From Octopus bimaculoides (taxonomy: Eukaryota), in NCBI RefSeq assembly GCF_001194135.2, contig NC_068990.1:67190641-67254640 (forward strand): 64,000 nt of DNA, written 5' to 3'. Both the position numbers and the translations under genes were made by a program. Shown in pieces: positions 14,513 through 26,965 of the stretch. The notes under the pieces were generated by a model. It did no database searches and had not been told where the DNA came from. It worked only from the letters and a program-made list of their open reading frames with translations. Positions within the stretch are counted from its first letter, which is position 1. Each line of letters begins with the position of its first letter.

Positions 14513-14790
14513 AAGTTTTGAATGGTACAACAATACAAACAATGGGCTATATACCTGTTGTAATTTAGTCATCCATCGTCTGATAATATTTCGGAATAAA
14601 ATTCCTTCTTCAGATATTCTTAGATGGAGTCACTGCTAGCTGTTGGAAAACTGATTATAGCAGCAACTCCATCTAAGAATCTGAAGAAGGAATTTTATTC
14701 CGAAATATTATCAGACGATGGATGACTAAATTACAACAGGTATATAGTCATTTTTTGTATTATAGTGCATTGTTGTACCATTCAAAACTT
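14513..14790. repeat. Long inverted repeat (arms approx. 125 and 133 bp, 19-nt spacer), probably inverted PLE terminus
   Basis: 14513-14638 is the reverse complement of 14658-14790 with an almost exact ~75-bp core. Each arm carries CTGAAGA-A-GGAAT-TTT-ATTCC-GAAA. Confidence 0.9.
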
Positions 14791-16200
14791 CTTATTTTTT
14801 ACATGCAATATACAATGCTTCAAGCGAACTACAATACTCTCCTATATTTATATGCACATCACATTTGTGTGTCTGTTTTCATTGACAAATGAGAGGAAAA
14901 AGGACTCAAACACGGATTATAGCTTATTAATTTAGTCAAAGTTGAGGTTTCTCAGTGATTATTTGAAAATCACAGCTTGAGAGAGAGAGAGGAAGAGAGA
15001 AAGAGACAGAGAGAGGAAGAGAGAAAGAGACAGAGAGAGAAAGAGAGAGAGAGACACACACACACATACATACACACTTGTAAAACTGGTAAGGTTTAGG
15101 AGCAGGAAAGGCATTTAGAAGTAAAACAATGCCTCAGTTATATTTGTTTAAGCCAGTATGAGCTTGAAAAACTGGACAAAAATGAAACAAAAATATATAT
15201 AATGTGAGTGTATAGGAAAAAATATGATAAACACATGCAGATTATACAATTTTTTCCCCTCAGCATGTTTCACCATTGTGATTTTTTTGCACCTTCAGCT
15301 GTGGACATTTATAGTGCATTGGGATGCATATCCACAGTGGTTCTTCAGGGGAACACTTTATTACATTCTTTTACTCTATAAGGGGCTCTAAATTCAATAA
15401 TAACAGTTGTACATACATTTAAATGTACAAACAGGAGCTATTATATCTTTTATCTTTTACTTGTTTCTGTCATTGGACTGTGGCCATACTGAGAACCACC
15501 TTGAAATGTAATAAAAGGTAATTGTATCAGCCATGAAATGAACCCAGGCCACACCTGTGGTGGGTAAGCATTCTAACATATGTATAGTTTGATTACTGTT
15601 AAGTTCAGCAATTGAAAGTATTCACCATATTTGAAAGTAAACACCTTGTCCAATGCTTAAATGAGTCAATGAGACCCCAAATTTACCCAAAACCAAACCA
15701 AACATCTTAACTTGAACATGAAACTAGAGTTACCCTTAGAAATAATTGAAGTTACTTCATATAAAGAATAGACAAACACATGTACTAACTGACACATACA
15801 AACACATGAACGCATGCACACATACATGTGCACATGCAGACACTCAACTATACGAAAATTTTGGCAGAAATCTACTTGTGTATGCACAAATGGATTGGTT
15901 GTATTTATTAAGTTCAGTACTCCAATATTCAACACTATTCATTATATATATATATATAGTTGTACATATATGTAGAGATAAATATTCATAGAAACTAGCT
16001 CACACACAGATATATTGTGTCTATATATAACAAAGAGAAATTTAATTAAACAGCTAAACAAATACATAAATAATTTGAAGGACTCTTTTTGATAAAGGAA
16101 ACAAAACAAATGTACCAGAAAATACAGAAAATATATGGAAAATACAGTAAAATGAGAAAGAAATTGAGAGAGAATGATATCTACAAGTGATTATATATGC

Positions 16201-16239
<39 letters not shown>

Positions 16240-16631
16240 CATACATACACAATAATAATAATATATATGTATGTGTGTGTACGTGTGTGTATATATACAT
16301 GCGTGCATACATACATATATATATATATATATTTATATATATGATATAACTTATTAGGAATCAAATCGACAAAACATCATAGGAAATAGATATACATTTT
16401 ATATTTCTATTTTTGTGGTATATCTAAATTTATACATGAAAGAAGAAAAAAAAAACTGACAAAAAAACAATAAAATATATATATAAATATATATGAGAAA
16501 TAAACATTTTTTATGCTTGACATTTAATATTTTACATATTATTATTATTATTATTATCATCATCATCATCATTGTTAATATTATTATTATTATCATCATC
16601 ACTATCATTATCATTATATCATCATTATTAC

Positions 16632-16662
<31 letters not shown>

Positions 16663-17550
16663 GTCATAGCTGTTGTGGCTATTATGTTTTGTATATTTTT
16701 TCCCTAACAATTCGAACTTGAAATAATTGCATGTATGTTTGTATGTTCCATATGAATTTCATCTATTTTCGTACTTTTCTGTCTGGCTTGTGGATTATCA
16801 TTATTATTATTATTATTATTAATATTATTATTATTATTACTGTTATTATTTTCAATGCAGCATTTCACTATATATCTCACCAATTTAATCTCCTGAGGGC
16901 CGTAGGTTATACAGTGTGTAATTTGTTTGAAACGCTTTTGATTATATGCATTATTATTATTATTATTGTTGTTGTTGTTGCAGAAGAGAAGTTGGTAGTG
17001 TAGGCAGAAATGCTGAACTAAATATCTTGTAGCAATTAGTTCTTCACCTAACATTCTGAGTTCAAATTTCGTTGAGATCAACTATATCCTACTTCTCCTT
17101 GAAGATGGTAAAACTGAGTACTAGTAATAAACTTGGATAGATTTGATCTATTCTATGTCTTCTGAACAGAACAGTGGTTATTCTGCAAATATCAGAAATC
17201 AATAGAGATGCAGGTATAGCTGTATTAAGATGTTTGCTGCATAACACTGCAGTTTCAAGTTCAGTCCCACTGTGGTACCTTGAGCAAGTGTCTTCTTCTA
17301 TAACCTCATGATCATGAAAGCCCTGCAAAAGGATTTAGTAGACAGAAATTGAAAGAAGCTTGCCGTACATATATACATTTACAAGCACGTGAGTGAGAAC
17401 CTTATAACATGCATATAAGAGCTCTAATGTTGTTACTTGGCTACCACATATCATATGTGGGAGAATATTCCAGGGCCAGATACACATGTGAAATTCATTT
17501 TTACATTAGACTATTACAAGAATAATATAACACTATAATAGAGCATTATA

Positions 17551-17889
17551 ATGAAGGCTCATGGCTCAGTGGTTAGAGCATTGAGCTTACAATCATGAGG
17601 TTGTAAGTTCAAATCCCCAACCAGGCTGCATGTTGTATTCTTGAGCAAGACACTTTATTTCACGTAGCTCCAGTTCACTCAGCTGTAGAAATGAGTTGCG
17701 ACATCACTGGTGCCAAGCTGTATTGGCCCCTTTGCCTTTCCCTTGGATAACACTGGCTGTGTGGAGAGGGGAGGCCAGTATGCATGGGCGACTGCTGGTT
17801 TTTCATAAAACAACCTTGCCCGGACTTGTGCCTGAGAGGGTAACTTTTTAGGTGCAATCCCATGGTCAGTCATGACTGAAGGGGGTCTC
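17551..17889 (+). mobile_element. tRNA-derived SINE, family C, full length
   Basis: A box TGGCTCAGTGG and B box GTTCAAATCC followed by a conserved body. Related partial heads at ~12765-12960 and ~55636-55731. Confidence 0.85.
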
Positions 17890-18691
17890 AGCATAGCATT
17901 ATAAAGAGTGTTCATTTATAAAGATTGTTGAATATAAACTCAGCAATTTAAAGCTGGTGTGTGGTGCAGAAACAAATGTTGTGATCTGCAATTAAAGCCT
18001 GTTATCCTCCATCCTCATGTTGTATGTGTGTGTGTGTGTTTGTGCCTCTGTCAAGAAATCATATGGTATTTGTAAATGAGTGTCACCATTATACAAGCAG
18101 TGCCATCTGTTTCCAATCTTCAGTGAAAATGTTCGGTTGTTACCTTGTTTGGAAACAAGTGATGATTGGGAACAGGAAGGCCATAGAAAATCTGCCTCAT
18201 CAAATTCCATCTGACATTAAAATAATGAGGATAATGATGTTTGATTATGATGTATGCTTAAAATTGTTTCCAAGGAAGGTAATTACTCCCCTTGGCCAAA
18301 CAAATTTTTATTAAAGACTGGAAAGGAATGACACCAATCATATGAGTGATGTTCACAGTCACACAATCATAAGACAAGAAGACACACACACATACAGGCT
18401 TATACATACATGATGACAGTCTACTCATTAGACAAGCATGACTATTGCTGACTGGTGAGTGTTGCCTACACCTGCGCAAGGCTCTCAGGTCTAGTACAGC
18501 TTGCGCAACATCATAATGAATCTCACTAGCAATAACAAAAATCTCAGAGACAAGGAAATTGTAAGATATCCAGCTCAGAAGAGCAGAAGGTTTTATATAC
18601 AAATTAACTTTCTCTTAGAAGGTTATCTTAACAAAGATCAGGGGCTTACTGTGCCCTTAGACACCAACCTGAGTATTTCTATGTCTTGTCA

Positions 18692-18737
<46 letters not shown>

Positions 18738-19877
18738 TATGAATGGTAGGCTTCTTTTAGTTTCTGTTAACAAACTCTTAACCACATGGCTATGCTTGTG
18801 CCGATAGCCATTGTTATATATAAATCTGTAGGTATAAACGTATAGAAATGAATGAAGAATGGGTTAATATCTCTATATAGAGTAGGAGAATATAACGTGT
18901 GTGCATGTGTGTGTGTCTGTATAGCACTGCTCATAGAGACTGAATGAGCATTAAATTTATTAATTTGGCATGTATCTTCCCCAAGTGATTATTCTCTGAA
19001 TGTATCTGCCTTGTGCAATCCAAAAGGATCAGTAACGCCATCAGGACCAATAAATCCACAGCCAATGTCGGCAACGGCACAAAATTTAGGTATACGTGTT
19101 GTGAATCATAACACTAACACACTAATTGCAACAAAGCTGTTGTCAGAATGAATTGCACGAAAGCAAAATTAGCAAGTGTGTGGAGTGATGATCATGATGA
19201 TGGTGGTGGTGGTGGTGATGGAGATGTCACTAACCTAAAGTACAATAATATAAGAAGATGGTAAAGCTAAAACATTCTCATCCTCTGATCCTATCGATCT
19301 CTGCAGAAGCAATCTCAGGTATGATGACCACGGTTTAGTATAAGAACTAGTTCTATTGATTGCAGTCTTGAATGGACAGATAGAAGGAAGGAAATGAAAC
19401 TCTGAAGACAATGAAAAAGAGAAGGATAATCAATATGATCACGTGTGTTTCTAATTATCTCTCCATGTTATTCCTTGTAATTCATTTCAACTCATTATTT
19501 ATCTTCTTTATCATCATCATCATCATTATCATTTAACATCTGTCTTTTATGCTGGCATGGGTAGGATGCTTCAACAAGAACCAACAAGTAGGAAAACTGT
19601 GTTGAGCTCCAGTATCTGCTTTGGCATGGTTTCTATGGCTGTTTGCACTGCCTAATGCCAATCACTTTATCCTTCTCTTCTTCATTGCTTAGTGAACACC
19701 TAATTTGCTGTGCATTAGAATCGAACTGAGAGCTATGTAGTTGTGAGGCAAACTTCTCGACCAAAAAGCTACGTTTAATTCTATAATTAAATATTTTGAT
19801 TCAGTATTCACCTGTCTCTAATGAAATAGATCATCTTCTTAAAAAAACTCAAAGAGGAAAGGAAAAGGTATGAAATC

Positions 19878-20443
19878 AGGTGTGAGTGCATAGAATGTGC
19901 CCATTTTGCTCTCAGATGATTATGATAGCTGAATAATATGAGAGATAAAGTGATGAGTGTAGGAATAAGTTGTGGGGTAAGTTTGATGGGGGCAGTGAGA
20001 ATGGAGGTGTGATAGAGTTGTACTGAATACTATTTTTCAAGGCACCAACACTAGTGAATCTGCTATGTAATATGCAAGAATAAAAAAAGCTTCCCTTGAN
20101 NNNNNNNNNGGGGGGGGGGGGCTATAATAGCGAGGGAGGTGGATGTATGCAAGATATTGAAAGGTTAAAGTATGAAAGAATAGGTCACTTTCTGGCAGGG
20201 TTGTTCTGGTTCTTTTGTTTTCAGTACTTTCAGCTTGCTGTGCTTGAGAAAACCCAACCATCACAACAAAATTGATATCCTAAAACTACCTTGTATGTAT
20301 GAAGCTCTGTCCACCTCCATTCGCATTGCCCCATCAAGATTATCCCACAACTTATTCCTACACTCATCACTTTATCATTGATATTATTCAGCTCTCATAA
20401 TCACCTAAGAGTAGAGTAGGCACACTTTATGCTCTCACACCTG
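19878..20443. repeat. Diverged inverted repeat, arms approx. 145 bp
   Basis: 19878-20022 (…gataaagtgatgagtgtaggaataagttgtggg…) is the reverse complement of 20303-20443 (…cccacaacttattcctacactcatcactttatc…). Confidence 0.85.
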
Positions 20444-20717
20444 CTCTCATACTTTCCTCTTTCCTCTTTGAGTTTTCTAAGAAGAGGATTTCATTAGAGA
20501 TGAGTGAATACTGAAACAGAATATCTAATTATAGAAGTAGAAATAGCTTCATGGTCAAGAACTTTGCCTCACAACTACAAAGCTCCCATTTCAACTCTAA
20601 TGCATAGCAACTTTAGTGGTTTCTAATATTGCCATTGAGTCAACCAAAGCCTTGAAATTTAGAAAACTGAAGCTGTGATGAAATTGAACCAAGGGACTCT
20701 TACTATTTTTGGTTGGT

Positions 20718-20830
20718 AGACATACAAGTATTCAGGCAAGGTCTTACAACTAAAGACATACATGTATTCAAGTAAGGTTTTCAATCTTAGGACATACAAA
20801 CATTCAGCAAAGTCTTAAATTTAAAGACAA
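20718..20830. repeat. Decayed 36-bp tandem repeat, about 3 copies
   Basis: agacatacaagtattcaggcaaggtcttacaactaa / agacatacatgtattcaagtaaggttttcaatctta / ggacatacaaacattcagcaaagtcttaaatttaa. Confidence 0.75.
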
Positions 20831-23800
20831 CTTCCTTCCTTTCTTCCAAGAGTTTCAAAGATCTTGAAGGGAATCATGGGGTGGTGGGGCTACTCTTCCT
20901 CTTCTGATGAAGCTGATATTTTTAGGTGATGAATTGGTATAGAGTTATTTAGAGCATTGAATAAAATGCTTTGCACTATCTGTTCTGACATTTGAAACTC
21001 TGAATTCAAATCTTGCCAAGGTTAACTTTGCCTTCTATTTTTTCAGGTTCAATAAAAGAGAGAAAGGTACTGACCTAGGACAGTGGTTTTGTAGAACTGA
21101 ATGGCTTGCGGTATTTATTCTGCTTCTTTGCATCCTAAGTTCAAATCCCACCACGGCTTACATGAATGGTTGACTTAACCTGTCATGTAGTACAACACTA
21201 CCAATCTGCTATTTCAGGTGCTTTTAGTGGGGTCTATTCTGTTGCTATCATTTGGGACAGGTCTCTGGTTTCAAGATAACTTACTCCCTCCCTCCTATTA
21301 ATCTCAAAGGTCCTGTAAAGGGTTATAGGTACTATTTTCTTTCTTACTTGACTAAAAGATGACAAAAAAAAAAATTCAAAAATTATCATAAAGTCATTGA
21401 GATATTGGTTTATGGAGGGAAAATTATTGATGAAATATAGCCAAAAGTAAAGCTTCTCACTCAGAAAATATCTTTTCATGTTTTGAAAGATAATTAAACG
21501 TAGCACATTTTGGAATATAATCACAGTGAACTGCTCAAATAGATTATTGTACTCTGAGGATAGCTTCGATTAAATACTGGACTAATTAAAATATATTCAC
21601 ATCATCTGAAAAGAAGCATTCGCTGAATATAAAATACAACCTTGATTAGTCTGTAATTGTTTTAATCTGCTGGGACGTATTAAGAATAAACATGTCATTG
21701 TTTTGATTCTTACTGTTCTGCATGAATATGGCAATTTTTTATTGATTTGGTATACATCAGCAAAACTTTTTTCACTGATTTCTATAGACTAGTGCCAAAA
21801 TTCTTGCTAAGATTCATTAATCTGCAGGTAGCTTTGACTGAGGGGGACACACAATGTGGTTGAAACACTACAGTGTCTCAGTGTGCCCTTTCCTCAATGG
21901 ATTGAGTGTGTTGTGAACACATGTTGCCTGAAACAAATTGTTCTTTGCAGACAAAATGGTAGGGATTCAAATCTAATGCAATGTATTAAGAATATCATTG
22001 TTTTGATTCTCTCTGTTCTCTGGGCACATGATAATTTATTAATTAAAATATATTCTCTCTCAAGGAACAATTTACTTCTGGTCAAATGTTCTTCATTCTT
22101 TTAGTTTTCTATGATCTCCTTCAACTTGTCAGTTTTTGCAAGAGTGCATACCATGCATGCATTTGCTTGCATGTGCGTACACACACACACACACAAACGC
22201 TCACACACTTTTCATTGTTTGCATAACTTACTCCATTTATATGTCCATGTGTATATCCATGTGCACACGCACACACACACACCCACACCCACCCACACAT
22301 ATATATATGTATATATATATGTATATATATGTATTTATATGTATGAGTGTGTGTGTCTGCTTATGTGTATGTGTGTACTTGATCACACATTTTATCTAAG
22401 CACAAAAAAAAATACCTCCTTGAAAAATAACTAAGAAACGTCATCATGAATGAAGCCAGTATAAAGCGGAAAAAAAAAAGATTTAAAAGAAAAAAGAAAA
22501 ACAGTAAAAAAAAAAAAAATAAGTGTGCAAAAAAAAAAAAGGAAAAGAAAACATTTACTCTCTCAATCAACACAATTTTCATTATCTTTATAAATTGTTG
22601 TCAGGATAACTTTCTGAAGTTGAAAATTTATGAATCTTGAATATGAATCTTAAATACAGTAAAAATTATGGCTTAGTTGGTTTCTATATAAAAGAAAAAA
22701 GAAACTCAACATTAATGTTGAGGAATCTACTTCTAATCCACCATTTTCCACTTATGTTTTGTTTGATTTTTTTTTTTACTGCAGCTGTAATTTTTTTCAT
22801 GAAGGTAACTGTGTGGTTAAGAAGCTTGCTTCCTATCTACATAGTCTTAGGTTCAGTCTCACTCTATGGTACCTTGGGCAAGTGTCTTCTACCAAAATGT
22901 TGATCAAATGTTTTGGTAGGGGAAAACTGAAAGGGACCTACCTACCTACCTACCTACATATCTATCTATCTATCTATATCTATAAATATATACTTAATTC
23001 TTATTCTATTGGTCTCTTTTGCCAAACTGTTAAGTTACTTTGATGTAAACACACCAACACCAGTTGACACACAGTGATGGAGGTACAAACACATATACTA
23101 AAACACACACACATAGACATATACATATATTCTTTTATTCTTTTACTTATTTCATCCATGCTGGAACACCATCTTAAAGGGTTTTTTAGTCGAAGAAGTC
23201 GACCCCAGGACTAATTCGTTGTAAGCCTAACTTGAGATATTTGCCCACAAATAACACTGGCCACAGTGAAAGTACCTTCATATGCAGACACAGTCACACA
23301 TGATATCATCATCAACCCCCTTCAGCAGTTGTTCAGGGTCACTTTCAATGCCCTCAATGTCACATGATCTGTCTGTCTCACATTGGTCTTGTCAGCTACG
23401 TCTGCTCCCATGAGAAACAATGTACTGGAGGCAGAGGAAGATGAATGTCTTGGATTGACACAATCAGAAACAGTAAGTAAACATACATGCCCACATTCAC
23501 CCACTCATGGTCAGAGAAAAGGAAAAGTATGTTAATATGAAAACATTTAAGAACACCTAATAAAAAGTGAAATGAAATTTTCCCTTATGTTCAGTAAAGA
23601 AGATTCTGGAACTTTCTATTAAGATGTTGAACATAGAAAAGCATTTATGAGCTTTCCATCGATAAAGTTAAAAAATTCTCTGTTGTTTCCTGGAAACTAA
23701 AATGAAAATATTGCTTTTGATAAAGAATCACTTTTACTTAAATGAATTGTGAAATGTTTTGGAGTTGAAGTGAGTTGAAATATCTGACTGTAATCATGTA

Positions 23801-26800
23801 TGTAATTGTAGATGCTTAAGTAGTTCAGTGAGTTTTGTGTGAATTTGTATCTAAGTTTAAATAAATTATTTTCATATCAGGTATGTTTGCTACGCAATTT
23901 ATTGAGATCATATACATAACACAATGTATATATGTGCAGCCATAGTTGTGTGGTTTAGAAGTTTGCTTGCTAACTTCCCAACCATGTGGTATCAGGTTCA
24001 ATCCCAGGGCACAGCATGTCAGGTAAGTGTCTTCTACTCTAGTCCAATGAACTCTAAGCCAGCCAAAGAACTTGTGAGTAGATTTTGTAAATGGAAACTG
24101 GAAGAAGCCTGTCATTATGCACACACATACATATATATATATAGAGAGAGAGAGATTCATAGATAGATACAAATGTGCAACAAACAAAAGCCAGGTGTAA
24201 TAATAAAAAATAATTACATTTAAATTTGTGTGTGTGTGAGAGAGATAGAGAGAGAGTTCATGTTGTACCTGTATGCAGAATAGAGGAGCTAAATAGCAGC
24301 ACTTAACATTCTTTGCTACAGGGACTCAAAAGTTTTGTTGCCTCAGGTAAAAGGTTTTTTTTTTAAAGCAGAGCCCTCAGCATAGTATCTGATAGCCTCT
24401 GCTCATGGTACATAACATATCATTTAGTTTTGCCTCCAGAGCTTTCCCCACTCAAGAGACGAGGAATTAAATTTCAAGCTGAAGAAGGAAATTAAGTTTG
24501 GCACATCCGGTTTTTACATTTAAGTATTAGAAAGGAAACTCAGTTAATAAAAATAAGTTACGAAAAATACCTTTTTTGTTTTTACATAGTTTACCAATGT
24601 CATATGAGGTGTGAATTTGTTTTCTCCTTTTTAAAACATGGTTATCAATATATTGTTGGAATATTGGGATATTTTTGTAAGTTATTTTTTGGATATTTTT
24701 GTAAGAAATCTCTGTTAAACAACCTCAGATTGTAGATTTATAGTTTCAGCCAACAGATATCAATTAATGAATCTGCATTTAGTGCTCACATCTCCCTTCC
24801 ATGCCATGTAGCAGTTCGTTCAACAGGACTCTGCACCATGCCACACAAACAGGAGAACCAAGTCATGGTTGTCAGACAATTTCTGTGACAACATCACATC
24901 TAACATTTGCCCACCTAACTCCCACTGTTACAGTCTACTCTTCCCTTGGTGCAAGAATCCCCTTCTTGCCAGTAAAAGTAAAAGTTACATGAACTTTGTC
25001 TTAGATGCTCTGCTGTGATTTGAGAGAGATTTGGCTACTTTTTATTGAAAATCATGTATCAGCTAGAAGCTTTCTTGTGGAAGTCTGAACTATTTCCAAG
25101 GATGTTTTGATATAGATTATTGATACTTATGGTGACATATAAAGGCACCTATACCCATGACACGGAAAAGGCACCTATGCTGGTGACATGTAAAAGGGAC
25201 CTGTGTCAGTGATACATAAATGAGCACTCATGCCAGAGCCAAGTAAAAGGCCACCCATGCTTGTGACATGTAAGAGACACTCAGTACGCTCCGTAAAGTG
25301 GTTGACATTAGAAAGGGCAACTAAGGCAAAAACAAATGACTGGATCCTGGTGTAACTCTCTGGCTTACCATCTCTAGTTAAACCATGTAACCCATGCCAA
25401 CATGGCAAACAGATATTAAATGATGATGATGATGATGATGATGATATTAGTGGTAAGTTACAGTGATTGAGTATGTAATGTGGGAAATTCAAGTTTCAAG
25501 TTAGTGAAGTTCAAATGCTTTCAATGGAAAGAATGTTACCTTTTGTTTCAAGATTGAGCAGGATGAGAGAGAGGGTGAGAGAGAAAGAGAGAGAGACCTG
25601 GTAATGAAGGCTCTAAACTAATTTGATAGTGGCATGATGTAGTTGTTTGAAGAATTATAGCATTGCAATTAAAATCTTTCAGTTGAAGGAACATATAAAT
25701 CCTGTAAGTATTAACTGAACTAAGAGCGCACAGATGGGTCCTAGATCAGCATTGTTTATAGAATGGAAATGGAGAAACAGTATGAAGCTGTGCATTGAGA
25801 AGGAGAAACATTGTGTAGGTGTAAAATGAAGAGTATGAATGTCTAGGAGGGAATTAGATATGTACATAACATAGATGTTAAAGAGAAAAGTTGATATGTA
25901 GATGTGAAGATGGAGAGGAGAAGCATTTAGAGGTGAATTGGATTGACACAGCATGTCTTGATTATACTGATTTCAGTGTGTAAATAGTATATTTAATGAT
26001 TCCTTTATGAGTAAAGCACTGGACATAAGTATCATTTAGAAAATAATTGAAAACTTGTATATAATCAAACATCAAGGAATAAACTCTGGAAACAAAGGGA
26101 AAATATGAATGTTACAATAGTGTTTCTACTTAACAAATGAGACTATATTGCCATTAGCTAGCTGATACATAGCTTTGGCATTTGAACCTGGAACTATTAT
26201 AGCCCTAATCCATCTGTGCTAAATATATAATCCAGATAACCAACAGCAATAAACATACAAGAAATATAAAAACACAAAGAAAATGTTATCTTAACTTTTA
26301 CCTTCATTAATGGCGTAACCTTTCATGTCAGTAATAGAGGAAATGAAAGTAACCTAGTTAATGGCCAGAATAAATCACCAGGATGAAGGTATATAACAAG
26401 CCACCATTGCATTTAGTTTAAAGCATAATGCTCTCAACAATGATAAAGTAACGGAACTTTCTATGAGGTTACCTCCTTCATAGCACACCATTCTAACATG
26501 TGAGGTTGAAATTATTTCCATCAGCCTCAACACTAACATCAAATTGACAAACAACAGTATTGTTATTCTAACAACAAATACAAAACCAGTTTTGATTGGA
26601 GAAAAATCATTAGCAACATCAAAAACAACAACGATATCAAAAGAACATTGAAGAGAGATTGCATGTCCCTTGGCAATAGCAGGAAAGCCTCTATCTGGAT
26701 AATCAACATACAATAAATAGGAGCCAAATCTTCCTCAAATCATATACCATAAGTTGAGGGAGTTATTAACTTTGCTGGCAACAAGGGAATTTCCACTTCA

Positions 26801-26929
26801 AGTGAAGAGTAGTTTCTATGATGAATGTGTGTGAATTGTGTTGCAGAATGTTAGAGAATGCAGGGGATGTGAAATGTTTAGAAGAAACATGTAATTGGTT
26901 AAAAAGAAACATGTACATAGCTATCTCAC

Positions 26930-26964
<35 letters not shown>

Positions 26965-26965
<1 letters not shown>

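Noticed and set aside
17551-17630. tRNA-like A/B-box segments (also 37472 and 52951) as tRNA genes
   Set aside because: They continue into multi-copy SINE bodies and lack a complete cloverleaf.
13501-20830. Short tandem repeats (18-bp and 36-bp units) as a CRISPR-like array
   Set aside because: Units are contiguous with no unique spacers, in a eukaryotic context with no cas genes.
20903-20930. Other CTGATGA occurrences (also ~10430, 35287, 38580) as hammerheads
   Set aside because: No downstream stem II plus GAAA.
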